From NCBI RefSeq assembly GCF_036588685.1, contig NC_086376.1, forward strand, positions 83,121,630-83,185,629: 64,000 nucleotides of DNA, in the 5' to 3' direction. Under the pieces are notes generated by a model. The model ran no database searches. It was not told the origin of the DNA and worked only from the letters and a program-made list of their open reading frames with translations. The stretch comes from Mytilus trossulus. Its lineage: Eukaryota. Of the stretch, positions 51,626 through 64,000 are shown in pieces. Position 1 is the stretch's first letter. Every line of letters starts with the position of its first letter. Made by a program: the position numbers and the translations under genes.

Positions 51626-54600
51626 AATAAAACATAAAAAAAGAAGATGTAGTATGAGTGCCAATGAAATAACTCTCCACAAGAGACCAAAATGACACAG
51701 AAATTAACAACTATGGGTCACCGTACGGCATTCAAAAATAAGCAAAGCTAATGCCGCATAGTCAGCTTTACATGGCCCGAAATAACAGTGTAAAACAATT
51801 CAAACGAGAAAACTGACGGCCTAATCTACGTTCAAAAAATGAACGAGAACGAATATGTAGCACATAAACTAACAACAACCACTAATTTACAGCCTCCTGG
51901 CTCTGAACAGGCACACACATTCAGAATATGGCTAGGTTAAACATGTTAGCGGGATTCAAAATCTCCCCTAACCTGAACAGTGGTATAACAGTACAACATT
52001 AGAACGAACTATAACAATCAGTTGAAAAAGGTTTAACTCATCAGATGGATAAAGTTACAAGTGGATGCGAACGGGAACTTGTATATCCCAACAACAAAAA
52101 GAAACTAGGTACAGGTTTGAGAATACTCGCAGTTACATGTAACTGGCAGCTAGTTCAAAGTCACTAACAACGAATAAAAAAAGACCATGCATCTGAGACT
52201 AATTATCAATCCGTTCACCTCTAATAGCCAATGGATTTAGTTTTCGTAATATTGAATATAACATAAATAGAAATCAAAAAGTGATTTTAGTAGAAGCTAG
52301 TAAGTAGTCTAGTAAGACTAGATTTTAACCCGATTTTGATTTTACATTTTACGTTCAAGTACCGGGTGTAAATTGCAGGATAAAACAAAATATGTTTGTC
52401 GAAATATAAAATATATTTGTACGCGCTACGAAACATAAGAAAAGCTCGGCCAGCCTCGCTTTTCGTCCTATTTTTAACGCTCATACAAATAGATTGAAAA
52501 AAAATCAATGTAAATACTATATTGTTTATTAACTCTTCATTTACCATGTTTTAAATCAGAATGTCTGCTTTTATTCTATTTAAATAGTACATTGATAAAG
52601 AAAGGTAGCAAAATATATATAATCACCTATAAAGAGCTTCGAAAAAAATCAAGTAATACATAATTCGAATGGTCTCAGTAATGACAACAATAAATATATA
52701 TATTCATATATACCAGACAGCAACCAATGACAACCGCTGAATTACAGTTTCCCGATTTTGAACGTAACATACAAGATATAGCGGGCGTAAATATATTTGT
52801 GAGTACCAACCCTCGCCTTACCTTGAATGACTGGAATATACAAATATGGTTACTCTTGGCCTTCCTCCGTCCGGGTGTTCAACCATCTCCAAAGAGGACT
52901 GTACGATTGGCTGTGCAGAATGTAAAAGTTTATAGACCGTCTGATCAGAATTGGGACGTTAAATCAGATGCTAGATATACATGAACCGGCATGTGAATCC
53001 ACACTCAGCCAAAATGTCACAATATGAAAATGTAGTTTATATTTAAGTAATAATTCATGGAAGCCATAGATTTGTTGGATTTACATATGGCCTTCAAGCC
53101 GTGATATTCGAATTTTATCGGTCATCAAAAATGAAGAGAAGTGTCGTTTCTGTGGCTGTTCTATTTAACCCACTGTTCGATAAATGTAAAGCAAAATCTA
53201 ATAAATCTGAAGCTTACATGAATCATTTCTTTAAAAAAAAAAAAGCTAAAACAATGTGATTGGTTCTTTCAATCCTGAAACCCAACATTTGCATTTTTGC
53301 AATTGTTCAACCACTCTTCTGTGCTGGAAAAAGGGACTGGTTGCTATTTTACAAATTTTTTATTTTATCTAACTGACTGATAATTTCTTCTCTGAGCACA
53401 GTAGAGTGTTAAGAACAATTATCGCTAGAAACTAAGAGAGCATGTGCCGTTATCGATAGTATTAACAACGTCGTCATAGGTAAGATAACGATGAACAGAC
53501 TATCATTAAAATTGAGAAAGGAAATGGTGAATGTGTCAAGGCGACAACCACCCAACCATAGAGCAGACAGCAGCCGAAGACCACCAATGGGTCTTCAATG
53601 TAGCGAGAATTCCCGTGTTCATCTTTAATCGATTGCTTTTCTCACTTTTGCCGTCACGACTCAAGCGAGAAAATCAATTTCGTTGAGATGACAAACGATA
53701 ATCCAAAATTATCAGTCAGTTTAATAGATCAAATGAAAATTTCTTAAAAATAGCGATAATGATGAATATAGTATACTTATTTTCAGGAAGGTTAGACCAT
53801 TTTACCCCTTCAATAAATATGAAAGTATGAAACTACCACACATGTCACCAAGCAAGAAAGATGTCGAAAGGTTTATGGACTCATTGAGAAACTTTAATTC
53901 TCGTGAAACAGATGTCATAATCTGTTCGGCAATGAAATCAGGTAATAAACACGTCGATTTTTGTTATCTTTAAGGTCAAATTTCAATAAATCGTACCAAA
54001 CGGTAACGTGCACTTATAAAAGTGTAACATTACGATAACTGTAATTTTTCTAAATAAAAAAATCAGACGAACAGTCATTTTAACTTAGATCTCCCCTAGC
54101 TTTTTATGGGGTCCGTGTTGTGTATTCTTTAGTTTTCTATGTTCAGCCATGTGTATTATTGTTTGTCCGTTTGCCTATTTCATTTTTAGCCATGGCGTTG
54201 TCAGTTTATTTTCGATTTATGAGTTTGACTGTCCCTCTGGTATCTTTCGTCCCTCTTTTAACAAAACACCTGACTTTTGGACCAGCTCGTCACTTGACAG
54301 TGTGCATAAAAGCGTTAATTCTATTAAAGACAAATGGAATATAAAGTTTTATGGATACCTTCTGCATATACCGCTGTATGTACCAGCGCAACACCATTTT
54401 GAAATAATTAAAGCACAGTAGAAAACAAAATTGAAGGTATGTGTCATTGAAAAATCTGTAAAAATTATGAATCGATATAAGCCTAATCAAAACTCATGTT
54501 GTCGGGTTGGAGGGCAGAAACAATCGGTCTGGATCTGTAATTAAATGTGCAAATTTTGAGAGTTGACTTTAATTAATGTGTTAGACTTTTCATCGAGATA

Positions 54601-56929
54601 AAAAAAAAAAAAAAAAGGGTATGTTTGTGTCCTATATTCATGACTGTTTTATAAATACAACATTTTGTGATCAATGCAGTTATTTTCATTTCGCCATTTT
54701 AAAGATGATAAGTCATATAATGGACCTTTTCAAAAGTTCGGTGAAGCGAATTTTCCTATTCAATGCATCAAATTTGGTTTGTGAGTGATTTAATATATTA
54801 CATCAATATTAACAACGTTGGAATCTTTAAAACTAAACATAATTGAGGAACGTTTGACTTTTTGTTATAGATTTATTCACCCCTGTAATTACGTTGGCTT
54901 TAATTTGCTTAGTGTTTGTTTTCTTTGTGGGGTTTTATAGACTCACTTTAACCTTTTGTTGGTTTTATTTGCCATGGTTTTATTTTCATTATTTTGATTT
55001 TTTGTACTTGTCATTTCCTATTGTCTCTTTTACTTTAGAGGCTGAAGTATGGATACAAATCAATTGTATGTATGTCAATTTTAAATCAATTTGATGTAGA
55101 CATTTATTTTTTGATTTATGAAGTGAACACTGGGTGCATGAAATGGTATCCATGTTGTTACATCAGACGACTGAATATAACAGTCATGGTGAACTGAATG
55201 ATTGTAACTTTGAATGTAAAACTGACTGGGACCTATTGGAGCAATTGAACAGTCCAAGATTCTTTCAAACACATTTACCATTAAAATATTTTCCAAGAAA
55301 GCACGTGGAAAACGGATACAGGATTATATATCTTAACAGAAACCCAAAAGATAGAGCTGTGTCAAACTTTCACTTCATGCATAAAAAAAGGAGTACCTGT
55401 TGGGTCCTGGAATGATTTTTTTTACAACTTCGTTCTCAATGGTAACTATTCTTTTTATTTTACTATGAAGGTTGTGTTAAATATTTAATAACTATCTAAA
55501 TATAGAATTGTCATTACAAGATTAGCACGACGGATATGCATTTTTCAAAAATACCGAACTCCGAGGAAACATTCTAAACGGAAAGATCTTAAGCAAATGG
55601 CAAAATTGAAAACTCAAACTATCAACCTCAAGGAGAACAGCTATCGTATTCCTGACTTTGTACAGGCATTTTTTTATGTAGAAAAAAGATATATTTAACC
55701 TTGTTTTATAGCTAGCTAAACCTCTTACGTGTATGACAGTTGCATAAAGTTCCATTATATTAAAAACGATGTATAAACAAAACAAACAGACATGATAAGT
55801 AAATATGTCAAAATTAAAAGTACAGCAGTCAACAGTGTGTTATAATCCCAATCATCATTAAAACAAATAAATATGTCAACAAAGAAAAACAGAAAGGCAT
55901 ATAGACCAAGCACAATAGCAAAATCCAAAAACAAGAATATAAAATTTTATTTTTCTATTCCGAAACACCCGTATTAACTCTTTACCTGTGTATTTCAATA
56001 TTCTTGCAAATGATCCACGAATGAATCATGGTACTGTAGATTTTCATTACAATTTTCGCTTGAGTAACGACGATACGTATCGTTCAGTCAGTGTAACTGA
56101 TGATGATGAAAATACATCAAAGGCTAAAGAAATATATGTACTTTGAAATCTTACAGTTACTGTACTTTTTTTATTTAGTATCATTTAGGATATTTTTTCA
56201 TCTTTATATCTTGAACCGATTTTAATGGTACGTTTTTCAATTCATCCATGTGGTATCCCAATGAATGAGAAAGTAGGCGATTGGCTGTGATTTACAATAA
56301 TGGCTAAATCAGCCAAATGAGTATGTAACTGTCCAAATTTAGGAACCTCGTTAGATCTGTTTTCAACAACAAAACAAAAGCCCCCCGTCCTTAGTTACAA
56401 AACATCTTTAGATATCACAAAGAACAAACATTTAGATACAAAAGTCCATTTTCAAAAAAATATTAATGAATACAACATTTGTTTTTAGTTTTTGTTTATT
56501 ATCTAAAAAAAAGTAAAACAAGATTTTAAAGTCTAGCCATAAGTGAAAATACTTGAAAGGAAGGACGAAATTATTTTCGAAAAAAAAACCCATATCGTTA
56601 TATAAAGAAGTGTAGAAGTATGAATATGATACGACATACAAGGAATGTATATTCTTCGTAACGGTAAACATACATGTAACTTTCAACAGCCTTCACACAC
56701 AAAAAAAGAAATACTATATTTCCAATTTCCAATTATTTCCAATTATTTTATTTCCAATTAAAGGGCCCTATAAAGAGCTTTCATGACATTACATACAAGT
56801 ACATATGATTAGACATAAATTAGAGACATATAATATAAGAAAACAACATTGTTTAGTACTATTAAAAAAATGCTATAAAAGGCCAGGACAGAACCAGACA
56901 ATACATTTTAGATCTTTAAAATATACCAT

Positions 56930-57410
56930 TTAAAATCATATACCACTCAAAATATGTATATTTGTGGCTAATTTGTATTCATTATTTTTGAACTTCTCCT
57001 TATCTCTAGATTTTTAGATAAATACTTTCCTAAACATTTATACACATTTAAATTTTCTTGTGTAAATAGCCATAAAAACTTTGAAAAATTGTCTAACGAT
57101 TGAAGATTATTACAATTTAGCGATATTTCAGTAAAAAAATCATTTCTGTTATCAATATATAGTGGACATTCAGTTACAAAGTGTATCTCATCTTCAACTT
57201 TATTTAAAGTACAGTATAAATATTTTCTGAGTGTCCTATTCACATAAAGTTTGGCGTATCTATCAGTCTCAATCCTTAATGGATGAGCGCTTATTCTAAT
57301 TTTACAGATTGATTGTCTTAATCTAAAATCTTTAAGATCCAAATATTTTTCAAAACAAAATAGAGTTTTAAAGGAAAAATAGGTAGTAAGTTTACCTTGA
57401 TCTATATGAA
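56930..57410 (-). mobile_element. 3' fragment of a LINE ORF2 (C-terminal Cys/His region)
   Basis: ICKIRISAHPLRIETDRY...C....VEDEIHFVTECPLY...R motif (ORF 56968-57342), located in a SULT intron. Confidence 0.8.
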
Positions 57411-59594
57411 CACAATTGAAAAGAAGAAATATATTGTAAGATGTTATTTCAAATTTTAAAAGATTCGAACAGATATGTAATTGATGTATTTTACAGATAT
57501 TCTACTTCTGCCAAAGACTTATGATGTCTTATATAACTTGCTTTCCTCTTTTTTATCGGAACATTTACTGCATGTACAACATTTTTTTAATTTCTATATA
57601 TTTTTTCAGATTCTGTTTATGGTGGATAGTTTAGCTTCACTAAAGAATTTGAGAAAGCAGTATCTCAAAATAGAAACAATATATTACCGGTCACTTTTGA
57701 AAAACTAACAACTGTAAGTAAAAGTTATTGTGTATATTTGTATGAATTCATAAGTGGATGTCTATATAATACGAAAAGTATTATACTTATCCCAAATAAA
57801 GGGTTGAGCAGTACAAGAGACCACATTTTTCACCTAAGGCTTCGAAAAAGTACCGGACACCATTAACGAATGTACAACAAAGGTGTCACCACCCTAGTAG
57901 TCGGCAGTTTTATGCCGACAAGAATTACCATTGATATGCTCATAATTATTAATCAACTGTTTACAAACTTAGAATGTATCGAAAAACTAAATTCTACCAC
58001 AGGAGTATATTACCTTAGCTGTATCTGGCAAAGACTTTTAAAATTTAAGGCCCTTTATGCTTTTGACTTAGTCCTCTATTTGAACTGTTTTCCTTCAAGA
58101 ACATAGTAATGATCATCCTATTGCTTTCTTGAATGACATTCAATATTTATTTAGATCTGCTTCAAAGAAGATATAAAGTATACAAAGGTCGACCAATAAG
58201 CAGATCTACAACCTAATAATATATCTTCTGATTAAATTATTATTTTTTTTTGTGAATTTTCAACTAATCCTATATTGGTTTGAATGACGTTTGTGTATAT
58301 CTTAAAAGTTTTCAAAAAAAACAAAAAACGCATGATCCCAAACTTTTTAAAGGCTAGACATAAGAATGCCATTCTATATCCACCGTGCTTACATTGAAAC
58401 AATAGAAACACATTATAAGACCAATTACCGTAACACTCTTGTGATCATACTTGTAGCAAATTTTAATAGCCCCAAATCCGTAATTAGCTGATGATACCTT
58501 CCGGGACTATCCCTCCACCAATAGAGGCATTAACCCATGGGAAGTAATCACATACAGGGTACAATTTTATGCGCCAGATGCGCATTTGGCAATAAATGTA
58601 TCCTCAGTGATGTTCAATGTCAAATCCAAACTTATTTAATTTAAAAGAGGAAATACTTTAAAACCAAAATAGATAAGAAGGTATAGCAAAAGTCGGACAA
58701 GGAATCAGAGCTATACATGAGGGACATATATTTCTTAATTCAAAATAATTTCCAAATTTGTTGTTTCATAATTAGGTCTTTCCACTTTTCTTCTGATTAT
58801 TTTTTTTTCTTCCCCCTAATCTTGTTCTTGCGATAATTTTTTGTTTCGAAATATGTCGCTCAGATATTTGGTATATGATATTGAACAGTTTATGCGCTTT
58901 TGATATTTACCCTGCATAACTGAATACTTTTCTTTGTAGTAGTAATCTCCCCAAACGCTGTTTTCCTTGTGTCTAATACTCCTTCGCAACCGTAGAAGAT
59001 AACGACAAATTTATTTTATAAAATTGCTCGTTATATCCTTCGCATGATTTGTCCTATTTTGACCAAAGCGATATGAACGAGAGTTATTTCCCCTTATGCA
59101 TTTGATATAAGTGATATGCATTTCTGTCTTCTAAACCATTAGTGATAGAGACCTAGGATCTTTTGAGTTGAGGTCCTTGGTAAAATAAAAATTAGGTCAA
59201 GATCATAATCTTATTTTTGAATTTGTCTTATTTCCACTCATTTCCAGAAACAGTATAAGATATAGACAAATTATTATTTTTCTAATTTGTTAGTTGCGAT
59301 ATGTCGTAACAGATAAATTTTGATTGCAAGGGTACGTTGAACGTAAAAGGGAGTTATCTCCCCTCTTGTATTTAAAAATACGCGTATGGTGATATAATTC
59401 ATTAACCAAATATATTTAAGATCTGTCATGCATAGAAAATTTAAGCAAAAGTTGATAATGTATTTGAACACGTGGCAATAAACCAATACAGCATGCTTAC
59501 TGAAAACGAATGTACCGAATTTTGTCTCCAAACTCATCCATGCATAATTTAATAAATAAAGGTTCAATTAAATTTGTCGGGACTTACCATATTA

Positions 59595-60041
59595 TAATAT
59601 TTCGATATGAGCGTCACTGATGAGTCTTATGTAGACGAAACGCGCGTCTGGCGTACTAAATTATAATCCTGGTACGTTTGATAACTATTTAAACCACTGG
59701 GTCGATGCCACTGCTGGTGGACGTTTCTTCCCCGAGGGTATCACCAGCTCAGAAGTCAACATTTCGGTGTTGACATGAATATTAATAATGTGGTCATTTT
59801 TATAAATTTCCGGTTTACAAACCATTGAATTTTTCGAAAAACTAAGGATTTTCTTATTCCATGCATAGATTACCTTAGCCGTATTTGGCACAACTTTTTG
59901 GAATTTTGGATTCTCAATGCTCTTCAACTTGGTATTTGTTTAGCTTTTTAATATTTCGATATGAGCGTCACTGATGAGTCTTATGTAGACGAAACGCGCG
60001 TCTGGCGTACTAAATTATAATCCTGGTACGTTTGATAACTA
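59595..60041 (+). mobile_element. Non-LTR retrozyme, family 1, two intact hammerheads (59612-59653, 59966-60007)
   Basis: 354-bp spacing, identical ribozyme motifs, ends TTTGATAACTA; in sense orientation in a SULT intron. Confidence 0.9.
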
Positions 60042-62214
60042 AACAAATTTTAACTAAAGTTTTTTTTTAAAGTTGTATGTGAGATTCAATAAAACACACA
60101 TATTAATTAGGAGAACTGATCAATCAATTTTAACGGCTTTCAACAAAAGGTTAAGGTCAATGATCACAAAAGTTTTAATCTTAAGAAACAAACCGGACAA
60201 AACTGTACACTTTCCGTAATCATGAAACAATATTTTTTTTTTTGTAAAATGTATGTCTCAGATGTATGTAATACCTATGAATTTTAAAATTAACAAACTG
60301 CCTATAGATATGAATTCACTGTACATTCCCTGGTTATCCAGTGACGCATTCACAGGGATACTCGACCAACTGCTGTAAAGCGAGTAATTTGTCAAAACAG
60401 CAAAGAAAAGTGCAATAAAGATATTTTTTTTAAAAAGAAAAAAAATCTATGATCTTTTGATGTGAGGACCTTAGTTTATGACCTTGAAATTGATCTCAAG
60501 GTCATAGTTTCAATTGACGTTCAAGATTTTGACCTTTGCTTTTACCTCATATGTATACATGATAAAGCCATGAGACTTTTGGCAAAAGGTATCAAACCAT
60601 TTTACCTTGAAAAAAAACCCAGATGTGACATTGTGTAAACCGGAAGTAGCTATGTTTTGTACTTTATTAATATAAACGTATATAGAACCAGATATTTTTG
60701 GAATCAGTGTCAATTAAATATTCAAATATTATCGGAAATAAGATTTTTTCAAACCGGAAGTTACAAATTATCTCCCTTATTTCAAAAGTATTGTATAGTG
60801 ACCATATATTTTTGAAATCAGCGTACAATAAGCTATAAATTGAGGATTGAAATGACATTTTTAACTTAATTTTCAACTTTATATTAAAATACATTGTTTA
60901 TGGTCGAAAGACCTCAATTGTGCTCTGAACATTTGGTTTTTAATTATCAATTATTATTGCTGATGTAAATGTCCTTTGGTTTTGTGAGTCTTTGTTTACT
61001 CCTTGGTTTTGCTTGTTGTTGTCTTAATAGCACAAATTCCGTATTGTCATCCGTATTGTACAAAAGTAAATCACAAAAATACTGAACTCTTCGGAAAATT
61101 CAAAACGGAAACCTCCTAATCAAAAGGCTAAATCAAAGGCTATGAAACATCAAACGAATGGATAACAACTGTCATATTCCTGATGGATTTACAAGTGGGA
61201 GTAGTATTTGCGTGCATTGAAGTCGGTAGGTTACCGATACATTAGAAACAGGGCATTTTTGTTATGGAATGAACACAAACCCAAATTACAACTATGATTA
61301 TTCATACATTTTTTTGGTACATAATTTTATTGCATAGTCAAACATGTATGTACACAATGTCAATGTTTTCATCTTTTTAAGGCTACTATTCCGACACTTC
61401 GGGAACTTGTGTCGTTTCTTGGTGTGACAGCTGACGATGAGTTCCTCCATGACATCGCCGATAAATGTTCGTTTGCAAATATGAAGAATAATAAGACTGA
61501 TGTATCATCAACAATTAATTCTGGCAAAACAGTTATTTGGCGAAAAGGTAATATGAATAAAGAGATATGGTAATGACACAATTTGAAACATTAGAAGACA
61601 GTACACCAACGATTTATACTAGAACAAATTTAACGGAAAACAAATATGGTATACAACAAACACAGAAAATCACGAAGACCATGGTCCTGTCATTGATCAG
61701 GCACATTAATAATGAACGCTCAACCATTTTTGAACCTTGAACAGTTGTGGTATAAAACATTAAAGAATCATTCATAAAGATTAGTTAAGAAACATTTGAC
61801 GCATCAAATGACATTGGTGCATACAAAAGACAATAACAATACATTAAAAGACGTTGAATATTTCAATATAGTCAAAAACAATAGAATAGTTCACAGCAGG
61901 TGCAAATCCAAAATTGCCTAGAGTTATTTTTCTGAAATATTAAGAATTATGCATTCGCTAAGGGAACAAACTGAAGATCTGTTTTCTCTATTATGTGTGT
62001 TCTATACGATAGTTAGGTTTTAAAAGGTGGGGATGAATGCTTCAAAATAAACTTAAGGAAACCAAATCTCAGCTTCGCATGGTCATATTGTTGTGTCGTT
62101 TTGATCGTTACGTTTTTGTCTTGCTGATTGCAGCTGTTTGGTGGTACATTTATCAATGCACAACTTGAGAAGACCATTCGTGATATATAAAAAAAAACTT
62201 GACATTAAAAACAG

Positions 62215-63630
62215 TTTTATGAGTTACAATGTATGACTCAAATTAGCAAAGACCCATCGAAACAACATTTGATTCAAACATTTAACAATACTTTAAGATA
62301 TTTGGATGATATATTGGCTCTCAATAATGACGAATTCAGTATGTATAGTAAAGAAATTTATCCTGTTGAACCAACTTTAAATAAAGCTAATACTAACAAC
62401 GACCACTGTCATTTCCTCGATATTGATATCTATATTATTAACGGAAAGCTTAATACTAAAATTTATGATAAAAGAGATGATTTTTCATTTCCTATCGTTA
62501 ATTATCAATTTTTAGATGGTGACGTTCCCTTGTCACCGTCTTATGGTGTTTATATATCTCAACTTGTACAATTCGCTCGTGTATGTTACAACGTATTAGA
62601 TTTTAGCGAGAGAAATTCATTTATTTATTACTGAAATATTATTACACCAGGGTTTTCGATATCACAAACTAGTCAAAAATCATCGGTATAAGGAAATAAT
62701 TCGTAAATATAACTCAACATGCAGACTTCTTATACGTTCAGGTATTTCACCAAAACCTTAAAAAACAGACTGATTTTAACAGAAGGGTTATAGTAACGAT
62801 ACTATTGTCAGGTCATTAAAGATTGCATATTTTGTCTTTAATATTGATTCACTTATAGGGTATTTGTATCGGAACTGAATAAAGGCAACAGTAGTCTACC
62901 GATGTCCAAAACTCATTACTCGATAGACAAAAACAAATCCGGGTCATAAACCAAAACCGAAGGAAACGCATTAAATACAAGAAAATGACGACACATTTAT
63001 TTGAAAAACAGTTGTTGGTCGGACACGGGAAATGTTCTTCTCATATATATTATGATAGTATCATACTCAACTCCAAACGGGAGGGATTGTACCTGATATT
63101 CATATGATGAAGAAATAATCTTTCAATCAGTGTTTTTAGGTCTGGAGCTGGCATGTCAGTTAACTGGTAGTAGTCTGTTGTTATATATGTATTATTGTCA
63201 TTTTATATATTTTCTTTTGTTCCATCTTCTGACATCGGACTCGGACTTCTCTTGACCTTAATGCTAATTTGCGTAGTGTTATGTGTTTACTTTTCTACAT
63301 TAGCTAGAGGTATATGGGAAGGGTTGAGATCTCATAAACATGTTTAACCCCGCCGCAATTTTTCGCCTGTCCAAAGTCAGGAGCCTCAGGCCTTTGTTAG
63401 TCTTGTACGATTTTTTATTTTAGTTTCTTGTTTATAATTCGGAGTTTACTATGACGTCCATTATCACTGTCCTAGTATACATATTTTTAAGGGACCAACT
63501 GAAGGACACCTACAGGTGCGGGAGTTTCTCGCTACATTGAATGCCCATTGGTGGCCCTCGGCTGCTGTCTGCTCTATGGTCGGGTTGTTGGCGCTTTGAC
63601 TCATTCCCCATTTCCTTTCTCAATTTTACT
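62215..63630 (+). mobile_element. 5'-truncated Penelope-like element, second family, with downstream repeat sequence
   Basis: RYLDDIL...IYPVE...FLDIDI...TKIYDKRDDFSFPIVN...PSYGVYISQL (ORF 62233-62634). 63510-63630 also occurs inverted at ~53510-53615. The 3' boundary is uncertain. Confidence 0.75.
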
Positions 63631-64000
63631 AATAACACAATGTTTGTTTCCTAAATATTACATATAGTCAGACACAATCTTTCTCCATACTGTTGTAATA
63701 AACGTTCTTATTCCTTTAACTAAAGATTGGGTGATATAATAGGAAGACTTATTTTATTTTAGGAATAATTGGAGACTGGAAAAACTTGTTTACAGTGGCA
63801 CAGAATGAAACATGTGACCAAATGTATGAGCAGGAAATGAAGGGATGTGATGTCAAATTCACATATAATGCTAAATAAAGTGGTGATTAAATGCCTTTTT
63901 AGAAACTTTGAGCGTAGATTCTGGCATTCGTCATGACTTGGTACAGACATTTTTTATGTATAAATTGGTGGTTTAATCATCGGTCCAAGATACATTGGCT

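Larger units (their letters stand above)
50575..63878 (+). pseudogene. Cytosolic sulfotransferase (SULT1-like), six exons, probably a pseudogene
   Basis: Exons: 50575-50594 (MAEKEKR); 53787-53941 (DVIICSAMKSG, PSB loop); ~55124-55441 (HW..., SPRFFQTHLP, RNPKDRAVS); 57610-57713; 61382-61547 (CSFANMK, WRKG); 63763-63878 ([15 protein letters not shown]). TAG at 57627-29 replaces the Trp of YGGW; frameshift at ~55383-89; exon-3 acceptor out of phase. Confidence 0.85.

Noticed and set aside
57627-57629. Recoded stop (selenocysteine or readthrough) in the sulfotransferase
   Set aside because: The codon is TAG, not TGA; it replaces a conserved Trp by one substitution and other lesions co-occur
59685-59927. 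Recurrent antisense ORF MKSIE.PKFQKVVPNTAKVIYAW in retrozyme copies
   Set aside because: Recurrence is explained by the repeat itself; lengths differ among copies and there is no sign of coding constraint

Overview
AT-rich, repeat-dense eukaryotic DNA. The repeat families look like those of a bivalve, most likely a Mytilus mussel (inferred). Host-gene content: (1) 7-30.7 kb, + strand: a segmentally duplicated locus made of symmetric phase-2 micro-exons (72 bp, one of 69 bp), each encoding one leucine-rich repeat and all missed by the ORF track; (2) 33.8-44.4 kb, - strand: an intact single-coding-exon TIR-domain gene with an unrecognised C-terminal domain, plus a disrupted tandem paralogue; (3) 50.6-63.9 kb, + strand: a six-exon cytosolic sulfotransferase with an in-frame stop and two frame problems (probable pseudogene). 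The rest is mobile DNA: many copies of two ~350-bp hammerhead-ribozyme repeats (non-LTR retrozymes), Penelope-like RT fragments, LINE remnants, a PIF/Harbinger element, Kolobok-like and IS3EU-like MITEs, Helentron-associated repeats and a 3.8-kb non-autonomous TIR element. Most ORFs in the supplied track are spurious. Repeat boundaries are approximate unless a TSD or TIR is quoted.
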